From: Terriglobia bacterium | GTDB taxonomy: Bacteria; Acidobacteriota; Terriglobia; JAJPHL01; JAPKYU01 | Direction: 5' to 3' | Length of the DNA stretch: 64,000 bases | NCBI GenBank assembly: GCA_965206645.1 | Contig: CBDBKE010000004.1 | Location: forward strand, 1,088,001 to 1,152,000 | Shown: positions 30,257 to 43,554 of the stretch, in pieces | How positions within the stretch are numbered: the first letter of the stretch is position 1 | Layout: the number at the start of each line of letters is the position of its first letter | Position numbers and translations under genes: made by a program | The notes under the pieces: generated by a model | Told to the model about the DNA's origin: nothing | What the model saw: the letters and a program-made list of their open reading frames with translations, nothing else | Database searches by the model: none

Positions 30257-30301
30257 ATCGGATTAGAAGGCCGATGCTCTATCCAACTGAGCTGCGGGCG
30301 C
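30257..30301 (-). pseudogene. 5' half of tRNA-Arg(TCT); no T-arm or 3' acceptor strand
   Basis: GCGCCCGCAGCTCAGTTGGATAGAGCATCGGCCTTCTAATCCGAT, then unrelated sequence. Confidence 0.75.
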
Positions 30302-30364
30302 ATACTCTATTCTCTTGAGTCTACAGAGACCGGCTGAGTGCTGCCACCGGCCACCACACTAGGA

Positions 30365-32617
<2,253 letters not shown>

Positions 32618-32654
32618 TCATGAGGCCTTGGAAAGTGCGATGCACACACTGTAC

Positions 32655-32853
32655 CCGGAATTTCCTTTTTGGCCTTCCGGCGATTGAAAATATACACCCA
32701 TCTGCGTCCCAGCGAGTACAATGTTTTCTCCGAGAGGACCATCAGCTCCGAGCGTCCCTTTCGGGGTCCCCTAACACCGTCCAATCAGCATCCAAACCCA
32801 GCTTTTTCAGGCAACTCTCCATGCCTGGGGGATAGCAGAATCGTTTTCTCGGG
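32655..32853 (-). mobile_element. IS1380 right-end fragment pointing into katG
   Basis: Reverse-complement match to about 49610-49805; cut by IS6. Confidence 0.85.
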
Positions 32854-33657
32854 GGTACTGTCAAGTTCAGTGGGAGCGTGGCAGACTTGGCCGATGAAAC
32901 GCGACACGCTGAGCTACCATGGATATCGATTCCCACCCGACATTATCAGCCACGCCGTCTGGCTGTATCACCGCTTCGGTGTGAGCTTTCGCAATGTCGA
33001 AGATCTCCTGGCCCAACGCGGCATTACGGTGTCCTACGAAGCGATCCGGCTGTGATGCCTCACGATCGGTTCAGTATACGCTCGCCGGCTCAAGCGTCGA
33101 CAGGGCCGGCTGGGCGACATCTGGCACATGGACGAGGTCTTCGTCACCATCCAGGGACAGCAGCGCTATCTCTGGCGTGCCGTCGATCAAGATGGTGACG
33201 TCATCGATATCCTCGTCCAGTCGCGTCGCGACTGTCGGGCGGCTACACGCTTTTTCCGCAAGCTGTTGAAGGGCCAGGAGCGTACGCCTGGGCGGTTGGT
33301 CACCGACAAGCTGAGCAGCTACAGGGCTGCGCACCGAGCGGTCATGCCGTCCGTCGCCCATCGCACGGACCGATACGAGAACAATCGCGCCGAAGTCTCC
33401 CATCAGCCCACACGGCAACGCGAGCGACAAATGCGCCGGTTCAAATCTCCCGGGCAGGCACAACGATTCTTGTCCGTGCATGGACTCGTCCGCAACCTCT
33501 TCCGCGTTGGCCGTCACCTGGTGCGAGCGGTGCATCATCGGGAGCTACGAGGACGCTCTTTTCTCATTTGGGATGCAGTCACGATCGCCGCCTGACTCGA
33601 ACTGAGATCACGATCCCGAGTACCGGCTCGCTCGACGAACGCTAACTTGACAGTACC
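32854..33657 (+). mobile_element. IS6-family element, transposase 32894-33595 with a premature TGA (33053)
   Basis: TIR GGTACTGTCAAGTT; WHMDE, YLWRAVD, NNRAEVSH. Confidence 0.92.
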
Positions 33658-33679
33658 GGTCGGTGGGTTGGTCGGGCAC

Positions 33680-33860
33680 CAGATTCTCAATGACACCGTC
33701 GGCCAAGATCTCCAACCCCCACACCCGCCGCGCCTATGCCCGTCCCGTGGGGCGTTTTTTGGCTTGGTACGAGGAGCAAGAGATCGAGCTGCGCCAGGTC
33801 ACGCCGGGGCTGGGCGGGCGTTTTATCGAGGAGTTGCCCGGATAGGACCCCACCCGGAAT
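33680..33860 (+). pseudogene. Tyrosine integrase N-terminal fragment
   Basis: NPHTRRAYARPVGRFLAW. Confidence 0.55.
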
Positions 33861-33869
33861 CTGGCCCTG

Positions 33870-34450
33870 GCCGTGTTCGGGTGGATTGAGATACAGCCCG
33901 ACAACGTCCTCGAGTTCCTCGGCAAAGCGGGGATCGTTGCTGAGCTTGAAGGTGGCGGTGCGGTGCGGCTTCAAGCCGTGTGCGCGCCAGATACGCCGCA
34001 CGCTGGCTGCACTGATTCCCATGGCGGCGGCCATCGAGCGGGTGCTCCAGTGAGTAGCGTTGGGCGGAGTTTGCTGCGTGGTCTTGGCGATGAGTTCCCT
34101 CACGAGTTTCGCGGTGATCCGCGGTTTGCGGCCGGGACGAGGGGCGTCCTTTTCCAGACCGGCGAGTCCGAGTTGGAGGTATCTTTTCCGCCACCGCGCC
34201 GCCTTCTCCGGAGTAAGATTCAACTCGGCAGTGATCTGTTTGTTGCGGCAGCCGGCGGCAGCCAGCAGCACGATTCTCGACCGTTCAATCAGGCGGACCG
34301 GCAGCTTTCGGCTCCGAACGATGGCCTCCAGCCGCGACCGCTGATCCGCGTCCAGTTCAACCTGGGGAGCAATACGCATCGGGGACGTCCTCTCGATTGT
34401 ATAGACGTCCCCAAGATAATAAACGTTACTATTTACGACGAACTACACTA
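33870..34450 (-). mobile_element. IS630-family 5' fragment
   Basis: DAPRPGRK, ATHWSTRSMA, FKLSNDP.F...DVVGLYLNPP; TA at the end. Confidence 0.85.
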
Positions 34451-35352
34451 GAGGTGGTCTCAAAAATGGTTCTTTGGCAACGGGAAGAAAAGAAAGAGGC
34501 TTGCGAGGAAAAGAGGTTGAGGGAAACTGAAGAAGATCTGGCGATTTGACGCGAAACCAAACCCATGCATGGACGCTGGGAACTCAGCGACGAGCAGTGG
34601 GCTTTGTTGGAACCGATCCTGCGGTCGGAGCGGCGGCCCGATGGAAAGGGGCGACCGCCGAAGGACGCGCGCGCGGTGCTGAACGGCGTGTTGTGGATTT
34701 TAGGAACGGGGGCACAGTGGCGGGAGATACCGGAAAAATATCCTCCGCACCAGACCTGCCATCGCCGCTTTCAGCAGTGGGTGCGTTCGGGGGCGCTGGC
34801 GAAGGCGTTGCGGAAACTGGCGCGCCGGTTGCAAGCCGAGGGACGCTTGAATCTGGAGGAAGCCTTTATCGACGCGACCTTTGCGGCGGCGAAAAAAGGG
34901 GCTTCGGGATTGGTCCTACCAGGCGAGGTAAGGGGACGAAGATCACGGCTATCACCGTTGGCAACAGTTTAGCTGTCGCCGTCAGTGTCCAGGCTGCTTC
35001 ACCCCACGAAAGCCAACTGGTCGAAGAAACCCTCGGCCACAGCTTCCTCGACCAGCTTCCCGAACGACTGATCGGGGACAAAGCCTACGACAGTGACAAG
35101 TTAGACCGTCAGATGCAGGAACAATACGGGGTGCAGATGATTGCTCCGCACCGCAGCAACCGGGCACGCCCGACGCAAGACGGCCGGCCCTTACGCCGCT
35201 ATCGGCGGCGGTGGACAGTCGAGCGTCTGTTCGCTTGGCTGCAAGTGTTTCGCCGCCTGGTTACCCGCTACGAGTACCACATCGACAATTTCTTGGGTAT
35301 GGTCCGACTCGGATGCATCAAAATCATGCTGAGGTATTTTTGAGACCACCTC
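34451..35352 (+). mobile_element. IS5-family (IS427-like) element, frameshifted two-ORF transposase 34565-35343
   Basis: IR GAGGTGGTCTCAAAAA in CTAG/TA context; LSDEQW, GDKAYDSD, RWTVERLFAW. Confidence 0.9.
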
Positions 35353-35757
35353 TAGTGTCGAAGAGCCTCCAATTGTGTGAGTCACTCAAGTGAACGAACG
35401 CGTACTCGACTTCACGGCCCTCTCGTTTTCGGTTCGCCGACGATCTCGACCTGCGACGCTTCCATCTCGAGCACCACGCGTCCGTTACAGCGCTGCACGA
35501 GTCGAAAACCCGGCCTGGCGGTCGAGAGAGCGGGCCGTGGGTTCCGAACCGAAGGGGGGGAACTCTCCAGCGAGGAACACAGCGAACTGAACTTGTATCG
35601 CCACTGCTCTCGCCGTGTTTTGCTTGGTCCTCTCGACGGACGACGCCTCAGCCTTTTAGGTTTTGTACTGGGTTTGGCTGCCGCAACACCGCATGGGGGC
35701 AGTTCCCTGCCGACTCAGCGGTCCAATCCACCTAGGAGCTAGAATGGCTCTAGTTCG

Positions 35758-38700
35758 ATGACCACCCACTCAGGCCAGGCCACGGCGGTCCTCGCCGAAA
35801 AGCCCTCCGTTGCACGAGACATTGCCCAAGTCCTGGGCGCCCACCGGCGTGGCGAGGGGTTCCAGCACGGCAACGGATACATCGTGACGTGGGCCATCGG
35901 TCACCTTGTCTCGCTCGCCGAACCCCACGAAATCAATCCTGCCTGGCGTCGTTGGCGGCGGGATCTGCTCCCGCTGTTGCCTCGCGAGTGGCCCCTGGTC
36001 GTCTACGAAGAGACTCGTGATCAGTTCGAGGTCGTCCGAAGAATCCTCCGCAGCAACAAAGTCGCCCGGATCGTGGCGGCGACCGATGCAGGACGGGAGG
36101 GCGAGCTGATCTTCCGCTACATCTACAAGTTGGTCGGATGCACGAAACCGGTGGAGCGCCTCTGGATTTCCTCGCTGACATCCGAGGCAATTCGGCAAGG
36201 CTTCCGCACGCTGAAGCCTGCCCGAGCATACGACTGTCTCGCCGATGCGGCCCGAGCGCGCAGCCGGGCCGACTGGCTCGTCGGCATGAACCTCTCCCGC
36301 CTCTACAGTCTGGACTGCCAGCAACAGCTGTCAGTCGGACGGGTACAGACACCGACCCTGGCCATGGTGGTCGAGCGGGAGTTGGCGATTCGCTCGTTCG
36401 TGCCCGAGGACTATCTGCAGGTCGTCGCGACCTTCCAACCCTTGGAGGGTGCCGGCGACGAGCCAGGAGAGCAATCGGATGGCTCCGCGCAAAAGCTGTC
36501 TTTCAAGGGAACATACTTCCGGCCGGCTGAGAACCCAGCGTCGGTCGGCAAAGCTGAGCTTCTCGACAAGGGCCCATCCCAGCGTGGCACGCGGCTGCCG
36601 GCCGACGGTGAGGAAGCCCGCCAGATCGTCGAGCGGGCCCAAACGGGAGAGGCTCACATCGCGTCCATCGAATGCGAGACGAAGCGGCTGGCGCCTCCCT
36701 TGCTCTATGACCTGACGGAGCTGCAGCGCCACGCCAATCGACTCTACGGCTTCAGCGCGAAGCGGACCTTGGATCTCGCGCAGAACCTCTACGAGAAGCA
36801 CAAGCTCCTCACGTACCCTCGCACCAACAGTCGTCATCTCTCCCAGGACGTGGCAGCAACACTGGACAAAGTCGTACGGGCGATCGCCGGGCCCTATCAA
36901 GCGTCACTTGCTCCGGGAACCGGCAGGCGCCCCCTGGGTCGGCGGTTCGTCGATGACGCCAAGGTCACCGACCACCACGCGATCATCCCCACCGGCGTTG
37001 CGGGATCACCGCCGCGCGGCGATGAAGCCAAGATCTATGACCTGGTGTGCCGTCGTCTGCTCGGTGCTTGGCACCAGGACCACGTCTGGGCTGTCACCAC
37101 CATCATCACCACCGTCACTTCGCCTGCCGAGCCAGAGCAATCGGACCGCGTGGTCGACCGCTACTGCAGCCCGGGCATGTCGGTCGAACAAGAAGGCTGG
37201 AAAGTGCTGGACCTGGCGCCCCCAAGTAAAGCCGCCAAACGAAAACCGACAGCGGAAGAGATCCGAGACGACTCCTCGTCAAAGAACTCCCCCTCCGACG
37301 GAGAAGGCGCACAGAGAATCCCACCGGGACTGGCACAGGGCCAGCCACAACGAGTCTCCCACGTCGAAGCGCTTTCCAAGAAGACACGGCCGCCGAAGCG
37401 ATTCACCGAGGCCACGCTGCTGACGGCGATGGAGTCTGCCGGGAAGACGCTCGAAGAAAAAGAGCTTTCCGACGCTATGAAAGACCGCGGGTTGGGCACG
37501 GCGGCGACCCGCGCGACGATCATCGAGACAGTGTTGCGAAGGGAATACCTGCGGCGTAAGGGCAAGTCCCTCGAGGCGACCGAGAAAGGGATTCACTTGA
37601 TTGACGTCGTGCACGCTGCGGTCAAGAGTCCGGCCATGACCGGCGAGTGGGAAGCGCAACTGCGCGAGATCGAACGCGGCCAGGGCCAATTCCAGAAGTT
37701 CATGCAGGGGATCGAGGAGTACCTTCGCCACGTTGTCGGCAAGAAGCCGGTGCAAGGACAGCCCGAGCCCTACGCGGAGCATCAGTCATCCCTTCGGCCG
37801 ACGGCGGAGTCGCTCGGATCTCGGGCGACCCGTTCCCTTGAGCAAACAGAACGGCGCTCTCTGGCTGCGAGTGCGGGGGCTGGCCCACAAGGGGCGCTCT
37901 CTCACGCCCCGGCAGAGGTGGATCGCGGTTCGCCCACAGCTCGTGTGTCTACGGGCACGGACGGTGCGGAACAGGGTGGGTCCGGGCTCGGCGAGCTGCT
38001 GCGGTCCGGCTTCGGCTTCGAGTCATTCCGTCCCTATCAGGAGGAGGTCTGCGAGGCAGCCGCCGCCGGGCGTGACGTGCTACTGGTGATGCCCACCGGC
38101 GCCGGCAAATCGCTCTGCTACCAACTCCCTGGCCTGGCGCGCGGGGGCGTGACGCTGGTCATCAGCCCCCTGATCGCGCTCATGGAAGATCAGGTTGCCA
38201 AGCTCCAACAAACGGGCCTTCGTGCGGAGCGGATCCACTCTGGGCGCGACCGGGGGCTCAGCCGCGAGGTCTGTTTCCGTTACCTCGAGGGGAAACTCGA
38301 TTTTCTCTTCATCGCCCCGGAACGGTTGAATGTGACAGGCTTCCCGGAGATGCTCGCCAAGCGGACTCCCACGCTCATCGCGATCGACGAGGCACACTGT
38401 ATCTCACACTGGGGTCACGATTTCCGTCCCGAGTATCGCATGTTGGGACAGCGGCTCGCCCCGCTGCGTCCCGCTCCCGTCATCGCACTGACCGCGACCG
38501 CGACCCCGCTGGTGCAAGACGACATCATCGAACAGCTCGGGCTCAACAACCCGTTATGCGGGATCCACGGATTCCGGCGCGACAACATCGCCATCGAGGT
38601 CATCGAGAGGACGCCGAGTCAACGCCCTCCAGCAGTCAAGGAGCTGCTCGCGGAGCCAGTGCAGCGCCCCGCCATCATCTATGCGCCCACGCGCAAGTCC

Positions 38701-40029
38701 GCCGAAGAGCTCGCGCTGGAGTTAGCACCACAGTTCTCGACAGCGGCCTACCACGCGGGAATGATGCCGGAGACCCGCGACAAGGTCCAAACAGCGTTTC
38801 TGTCGGGCGCACACGAAGTCATCGTCGCCACGATCGCCTTCGGGATGGGGATCGACAAGCCCAACATCCGCACGGTCGTGCATACCGGCCTACCGGGCAG
38901 CGTGGAAGCCTACTATCAGGAAATCGGCCGGGCCGGACGCGACGGCAAGCCGTCCCGGGCGGTGCTGATGTATTCCTGGGCCGACCGCAAGACGCACGAG
39001 TTCTTCCAAGGGCGCGACTATCCCGCTGTGGAAGAGCTGGAGCGGATCTTCGAGAAACTGTCCAACGAACCCGAGGCCCGCCAGAAACTCAAGCAGCAGG
39101 TTCGAATGGACATGATCGTCTTCGAGAAAGCGCTCGAAAAACTCTGGATTCACGAGGGAGCGCTGATCGATCCCGAAGAAAACGTGCGGCGCGGTCATGA
39201 CCGCTGGAGGGCACCCTATATCGCGCAACGCGAGTACAAGCTCAAGCAGCTTGACCGCATCGTCCGCTTTGCCTCCTCACATGAGTGTCGCATGCGCGAC
39301 CTCGTCCGACACTTCGGCGACCAAGCGGACTCGCAACAGCCGTGCGGCACCTGTGACATTTGCGCTCCGGATTCTTGTGTCGTGCAGCGGTACCGGCAGC
39401 CCAGCGAAGAAGAAAACGTCAGTCTCGATCAGATCGTTGAAGCCGTCAAGGCGCAAGAGGGACTGGCCCTCGGCCGGTTGCACGAACAAGTCGCCAAAGC
39501 GACCCCGCTGGAACGAAAGACTTTCGAGAAGCTGCTGGGTGGGTTGGCCCGGGCAGGGCTCGTCAAGACAATCGCTGCTGCCTTCGATAAGAACGGGCGG
39601 AGGATCGAATATCGCCGCGTTTTTCTTACCCAGGAGGGCCGGCAGCTCACTGGCTCGGCCGCACCCCTCGTCTCGTTGCCGGTCGAGGCTCCCCCTGCCC
39701 CCAAGAAGAAAAAGAAGAAACGCACGGCGAAGCCCGGAAAGAAAGAGCCACGACCGGAGAAGCACAGGCCCACTGTTCAGCCCATCGAAGCCGACGACGG
39801 ACTCCCGGATCCACAACTGGTCGAGCAGCTGCGAGCCTGGCGTCTTGAGAAAGCCCGTGCGCAGCGCATCCCAGCTTTCCGCGTCTTCCCGGACCGAACC
39901 TTAAACTCCATCGCGCAATTGCGCCCCACCAACCAGGAAGAGCTCTTACAAGTGCCAGGCATCGGGCCCCGTCTCGCTCGTAAATACGGTCGGAAGATTC
40001 TCTCGCTCGTAGCCGGAAACGACAAGTGA
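35758..40029 (+). CDS. topB: DNA topoisomerase III - RecQ helicase - RQC - HRDC fusion
   Basis: AEKPSVA, ATDAGREGE, GRVQTPT, TYPRT; linker; PTGAGKSLCYQ, DEAHC, TATA, FGMGIDK, QEIGRAGRDG, CxxCDxC, HRDC. Confidence 0.92.
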   Translation: MTTHSGQATAVLAEKPSVARDIAQVLGAHRRGEGFQHGNGYIVTWAIGHLVSLAEPHEINPAWRRWRRDLLPLLPREWPLVVYEETRDQFEVVRRILRSNKVARIVAATDAGREGELIFRYIYKLVGCTKPVERLWISSLTSEAIRQGFRTLKPARAYDCLADAARARSRADWLVGMNLSRLYSLDCQQQLSVGRVQTPTLAMVVERELAIRSFVPEDYLQVVATFQPLEGAGDEPGEQSDGSAQKLSFKGTYFRPAENPASVGKAELLDKGPSQRGTRLPADGEEARQIVERAQTGEAHIASIECETKRLAPPLLYDLTELQRHANRLYGFSAKRTLDLAQNLYEKHKLLTYPRTNSRHLSQDVAATLDKVVRAIAGPYQASLAPGTGRRPLGRRFVDDAKVTDHHAIIPTGVAGSPPRGDEAKIYDLVCRRLLGAWHQDHVWAVTTIITTVTSPAEPEQSDRVVDRYCSPGMSVEQEGWKVLDLAPPSKAAKRKPTAEEIRDDSSSKNSPSDGEGAQRIPPGLAQGQPQRVSHVEALSKKTRPPKRFTEATLLTAMESAGKTLEEKELSDAMKDRGLGTAATRATIIETVLRREYLRRKGKSLEATEKGIHLIDVVHAAVKSPAMTGEWEAQLREIERGQGQFQKFMQGIEEYLRHVVGKKPVQGQPEPYAEHQSSLRPTAESLGSRATRSLEQTERRSLAASAGAGPQGALSHAPAEVDRGSPTARVSTGTDGAEQGGSGLGELLRSGFGFESFRPYQEEVCEAAAAGRDVLLVMPTGAGKSLCYQLPGLARGGVTLVISPLIALMEDQVAKLQQTGLRAERIHSGRDRGLSREVCFRYLEGKLDFLFIAPERLNVTGFPEMLAKRTPTLIAIDEAHCISHWGHDFRPEYRMLGQRLAPLRPAPVIALTATATPLVQDDIIEQLGLNNPLCGIHGFRRDNIAIEVIERTPSQRPPAVKELLAEPVQRPAIIYAPTRKSAEELALELAPQFSTAAYHAGMMPETRDKVQTAFLSGAHEVIVATIAFGMGIDKPNIRTVVHTGLPGSVEAYYQEIGRAGRDGKPSRAVLMYSWADRKTHEFFQGRDYPAVEELERIFEKLSNEPEARQKLKQQVRMDMIVFEKALEKLWIHEGALIDPEENVRRGHDRWRAPYIAQREYKLKQLDRIVRFASSHECRMRDLVRHFGDQADSQQPCGTCDICAPDSCVVQRYRQPSEEENVSLDQIVEAVKAQEGLALGRLHEQVAKATPLERKTFEKLLGGLARAGLVKTIAAAFDKNGRRIEYRRVFLTQEGRQLTGSAAPLVSLPVEAPPAPKKKKKKRTAKPGKKEPRPEKHRPTVQPIEADDGLPDPQLVEQLRAWRLEKARAQRIPAFRVFPDRTLNSIAQLRPTNQEELLQVPGIGPRLARKYGRKILSLVAGNDK

Positions 40030-40063
40030 CCTTGGGCAGAACGCGTGCTGCCGGGGGGCGTTA

Positions 40064-40429
40064 GAGTCTGTGTGAAAACCGCTTTTGCGAGTCACGTATA
40101 ATGCGCCTTAAGGAGGCGCGATGAAATTCTTGACCTACAACCCGTAGCAAGCGTATCTGCTGCCGCCCAGCGTGCGGGAGGTGCTGGGAGAAGATCACAT
40201 CTGTTTTTTTGTGCAGCAAGTCGTGGAGCGGCTGGAACTGAGTGCGCTTGAGCAGGGCTACGTCGAGGAAGGCCGCCCGGCCTATCACCCTGTCCTGCTG
40301 CTGAAAGTGTGGCTGTATGCCTACGTGTTGGGGCTCACCTCGGCGCGGCGGCTGAAGCAGCGGGTGCGGGAAGACTTGGCCTTCCGGCACCTGGCGGGTG
40401 GGGCCACACCGGATTTTTGGACCCTCAAC
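40064..40429 (+). mobile_element. IS1182 copy 3, 5' fragment cut by IS3
   Basis: Same left end; TAG at 40145. Confidence 0.88.
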
Positions 40430-41679
40430 TGACCAGACCGATTTTTTGTACCAACCGTAGTGAGAGTTTACATCGCAGCCTGGGGCTGTGAAACTGGTTT
40501 CAGTGGCAGGGGAGGGCTATAGGCCCCCGGCGCCGGGGGCCTATAGCCGAGCGCCGAGTGCGGCCGCACCGTGTTGTATTGCACCCTCCACTGTTCAATC
40601 ACCACCTGTGCCTCCTTCAACGAGTAGAAGATCTCTCCATTCAGGCATTCGTCCCGCAGCTTCCCATTGAAACTCTCGCAGTACCCGTTCTCCCAGGGAC
40701 TGCCCGGTTCGATGTACAGTGTCCCGGTCCCTAGATTTGCCAACCACTGGCGCAGTTGTTTGGCGATGAACTCGGGACCATTGTCGGATCGAATCTGTTC
40801 CGGTATCCCTCGCCACAACATCACGTCCGACAACGCCTCAATGATTTGTTGGCTGCCCATTCTCCGCTCCACCCGGATCGCCAGGCATTCCCGCGTGTAC
40901 TCATCCAGCAAGGTCAGCAGCCGCAGCGTTCTCCCCTCGTGCGTTCTGGCACTCATGAAGTCGTAGCTCCACACGTGGTTCGGTCGCTCCGGCCTCAGTC
41001 GTACACAGGAACCGTCGTTCAGCCACAGCCGTCCTCGCGGCCTTTGTTTTTGCGGCACTTTCAGCCCTTCCCGCCGCCAAATCCGCTGCACCCGGTCCTT
41101 GCCCACTTCCCAGCCCGCACTCCGCAGCAACGCTGTGATCCTCCGGTAGCCATATCGCCCGTAGTTCGCTCCCAGGGCAATGATCGCTCGGGTCAGAGCA
41201 TCCTCGTCCACCCGATGAATCGGCTCGTATCGTTGTGTCCCTCGCCATTGCCCCAGCAGCCGGCAGGCATGCCGTTCCGACAACCCGTGTTGCTCCCACG
41301 CACGCTCCACCGCACAACGCCGCCGCTCAGGGCTCAGAAGTTTCCCTGTGCCACATCCCGCAGTACCTGCTTCTCCAGAGAAAGCTCCGCTACCAACCGC
41401 TTCAGCCGCGTGTTTTCCTTCTCCAACTCCTTTAGCCGTTTTGCCTGCACCACCTTCAGCCCGCCGTATTCCTTCCGCCACCGGTAGTAGGTTTGGGTGT
41501 GGATTCCAGCTTCTTTGCAGGCTTGGGGCGCAGTCTTCCCGTTCCCCATCTGCACTTCTATCTGCCGTAGCACCGCTACAATCTGCTCCGGCTTGTAACT
41601 CCTTGTCGGCATGACCTCACTTCCTCCTCAAGTGGATTCTCTCTCTTTCCACTTGGTACAAAAAGTGCCGGTCAGGTCA
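40430..41679 (-). mobile_element. IS3-family element A, copy 2 (intact)
   Basis: 1250 bp; orfA 41334-41612, orfB ends at 40468. Confidence 0.95.
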
Positions 41680-41713
41680 TGAGTACAATCAAGAACCGGC
41701 CGAGCGAACGTCG

Positions 41714-42454
41714 ATGAGATTCGCGACTGTAAACGAGATTCGTACGAAACCTTTCCCGGGTCTCGCCGGAACGTGCGACTTGTGTGGTCGCGCCGTGATT
41801 CCGAAATGCGGTCAATACGTGCGATGGCATTGGGCCCACAAGCGCAGGAGTGGCTGCGATCCATGGCACGAAGCCGAAACCGACTGGCACCTCATGTGGA
41901 AGAACTGCTTTCCGCAGCACTGCCAGGAAAGAGTGCATGTCGACGAGCGAACAGGGGAAAAGCACATAGCGGACGTCAAGGCGGACAGCGGACTCGTCGT
42001 GGAAGTCCAACATTCACCGATTGCTGAAGACGAGATGCAGAGTCGCGAGAGCTTCTACGGCGACATGATCTGGATTGTTGATGCGCGCGACCTCCACGGG
42101 TACTTCACTTTGGGCACGTCGTTCGACCTCGCCACCTGCAATCCGATGTCGTATCACTTTCAGTGGCTCAGCCGAAGCACGCTGTTGAAGAGATGGTCGC
42201 TGGCCCGGAAGCCCGTCTTTTTTGACACTCTCATTCAGAATTCCTTCACGCCCACGGTGCACACGCCGTCCGCGGAACATGTCCTGTGGAGATTGCTCGA
42301 ATTCGATCCCGGCGATGCCCCGGGACTCATTGCTCCGGTCCGTTCGGACTGCCTTGTGGAGGCCGTCCTCAACGGCGAATCCGTGCCCCTGATGCGATGC
42401 AAAGAAGAGGACGCGTGGCGCTACCGGAGGAAGATGGTCGAGTTGGTCCCCTGA
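41714..42454 (+). CDS. CoiA-like PD-(D/E)XK nuclease family protein
   Basis: CxxC...KCG...HWAH...CDPW.E.ET.WH..WK; HIADV...VEVQHS. Confidence 0.75.
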   Translation: MRFATVNEIRTKPFPGLAGTCDLCGRAVIPKCGQYVRWHWAHKRRSGCDPWHEAETDWHLMWKNCFPQHCQERVHVDERTGEKHIADVKADSGLVVEVQHSPIAEDEMQSRESFYGDMIWIVDARDLHGYFTLGTSFDLATCNPMSYHFQWLSRSTLLKRWSLARKPVFFDTLIQNSFTPTVHTPSAEHVLWRLLEFDPGDAPGLIAPVRSDCLVEAVLNGESVPLMRCKEEDAWRYRRKMVELVP

Positions 42455-42540
42455 TTCGCGCCGGCGCGTTTTTCGCCGGCAGATCGCACAACGCCGGTAG
42501 CGCCCACACCGCATCGCCTGCGCCCTGTCGCGATATCGCC

Positions 42541-42805
42541 TCAGCGGCTCGGACCATGGTCGCGCTCCCGTCCCCGCTGCCGACCCGGCCGGGGTATCAG
42601 CTCCAACGCTCGATTGATGGTGACCAGATGGGCGATCACCGCGACGACCTCGGCCGCCGAGCCGTGGGTGTTCACCCAGCGAGCGACTTGATTCAGGTTG
42701 TTGCCGATGCGGGCGCCCTGTCGGGTGCGCTCGCGCTCGACGGCGACCGCCAGGGCGGTCCAGGTGCGCGTCCGCGCCATCGCCTGCCGCAACAGCGCCG
42801 ACACG
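42541..42805 (-). pseudogene. MobC relaxosome protein, 5'-truncated by MITE
   Basis: ARIGNNLNQVARWVN. Confidence 0.8.
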
Positions 42806-42936
42806 GGTACTGTCAAGTTGAGCAGAATCCGCCCGTTTTGCGGAAAGATTCTGCTGGATCAGAGACTGAGAATCAATGACTTAGCGGTGGCGCCGGGCGG
42901 CGAGAATGCCGCCAAACTGCTTAACTTGACAGTACC
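42806..42936 (+). mobile_element. 131-bp IS6-type MITE, copy 3
   Basis: Same TIRs and body. Confidence 0.93.
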
Positions 42937-43289
42937 GTTTTGATACACGTGCGAAGCAGGTGCTCTGTTGTCACGGGACCAGTGAGCGCTTTGGCAGAGC
43001 CCATCCCCTATCTCGATCAATGCGGGATTGCCCAAAGCCAGGCTGCATGGGTTGATCGCCCAAGAAGCAAAGCGCAACATCTGTTTATGTGTGCTGAACT
43101 CATCGCTGTTCTACTGGCTACTGACCGTGTGGTCGGATTGCCTTCTTCATGATCTCTTCAGGCTACCAGCCGCCGCTGGCCAAAGTTGCAACACAACCCT
43201 TTCGACAATAATCGGCTATTAAATAGTCTGGATACTGTAATCGCTATCTGTCGCAAACAGGCGGCGCTTTGCCTTCCGTTGGACGCCGC

Positions 43290-43460
43290 ATCGAAAACCA
43301 TTGCCTACCTCAGCGTCTCCACTCGTTCGCAGGATCTCGCCAACCAGAAACTGGCCATTCTCGACCACGCCCGTCAAAAGCATTTTGTCGTGGACCGATT
43401 CGTCGAAGTGCAGGCCTGCTCCCGGAAGGGGCGGGACCAGGGGCGCATCGACCTGGCGAC
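43290..43460 (+). pseudogene. Serine resolvase N-terminal fragment
   Basis: IAYLSVSTRSQDLANQK. Confidence 0.6.
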
Positions 43461-43554
43461 TGCTGCTGCGTGGAAAATTCAAACTAGACCAGCACCCATT
43501 CTCCACAGGATTCATTACCGGTAGCGTTGAAACGATGTGTGTGAATCACACAGC

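Noticed and set aside
42937-43150. Type IIG methyltransferase TRD fragment (LNSSLFYW)
   Set aside because: Too short and degraded to call with confidence
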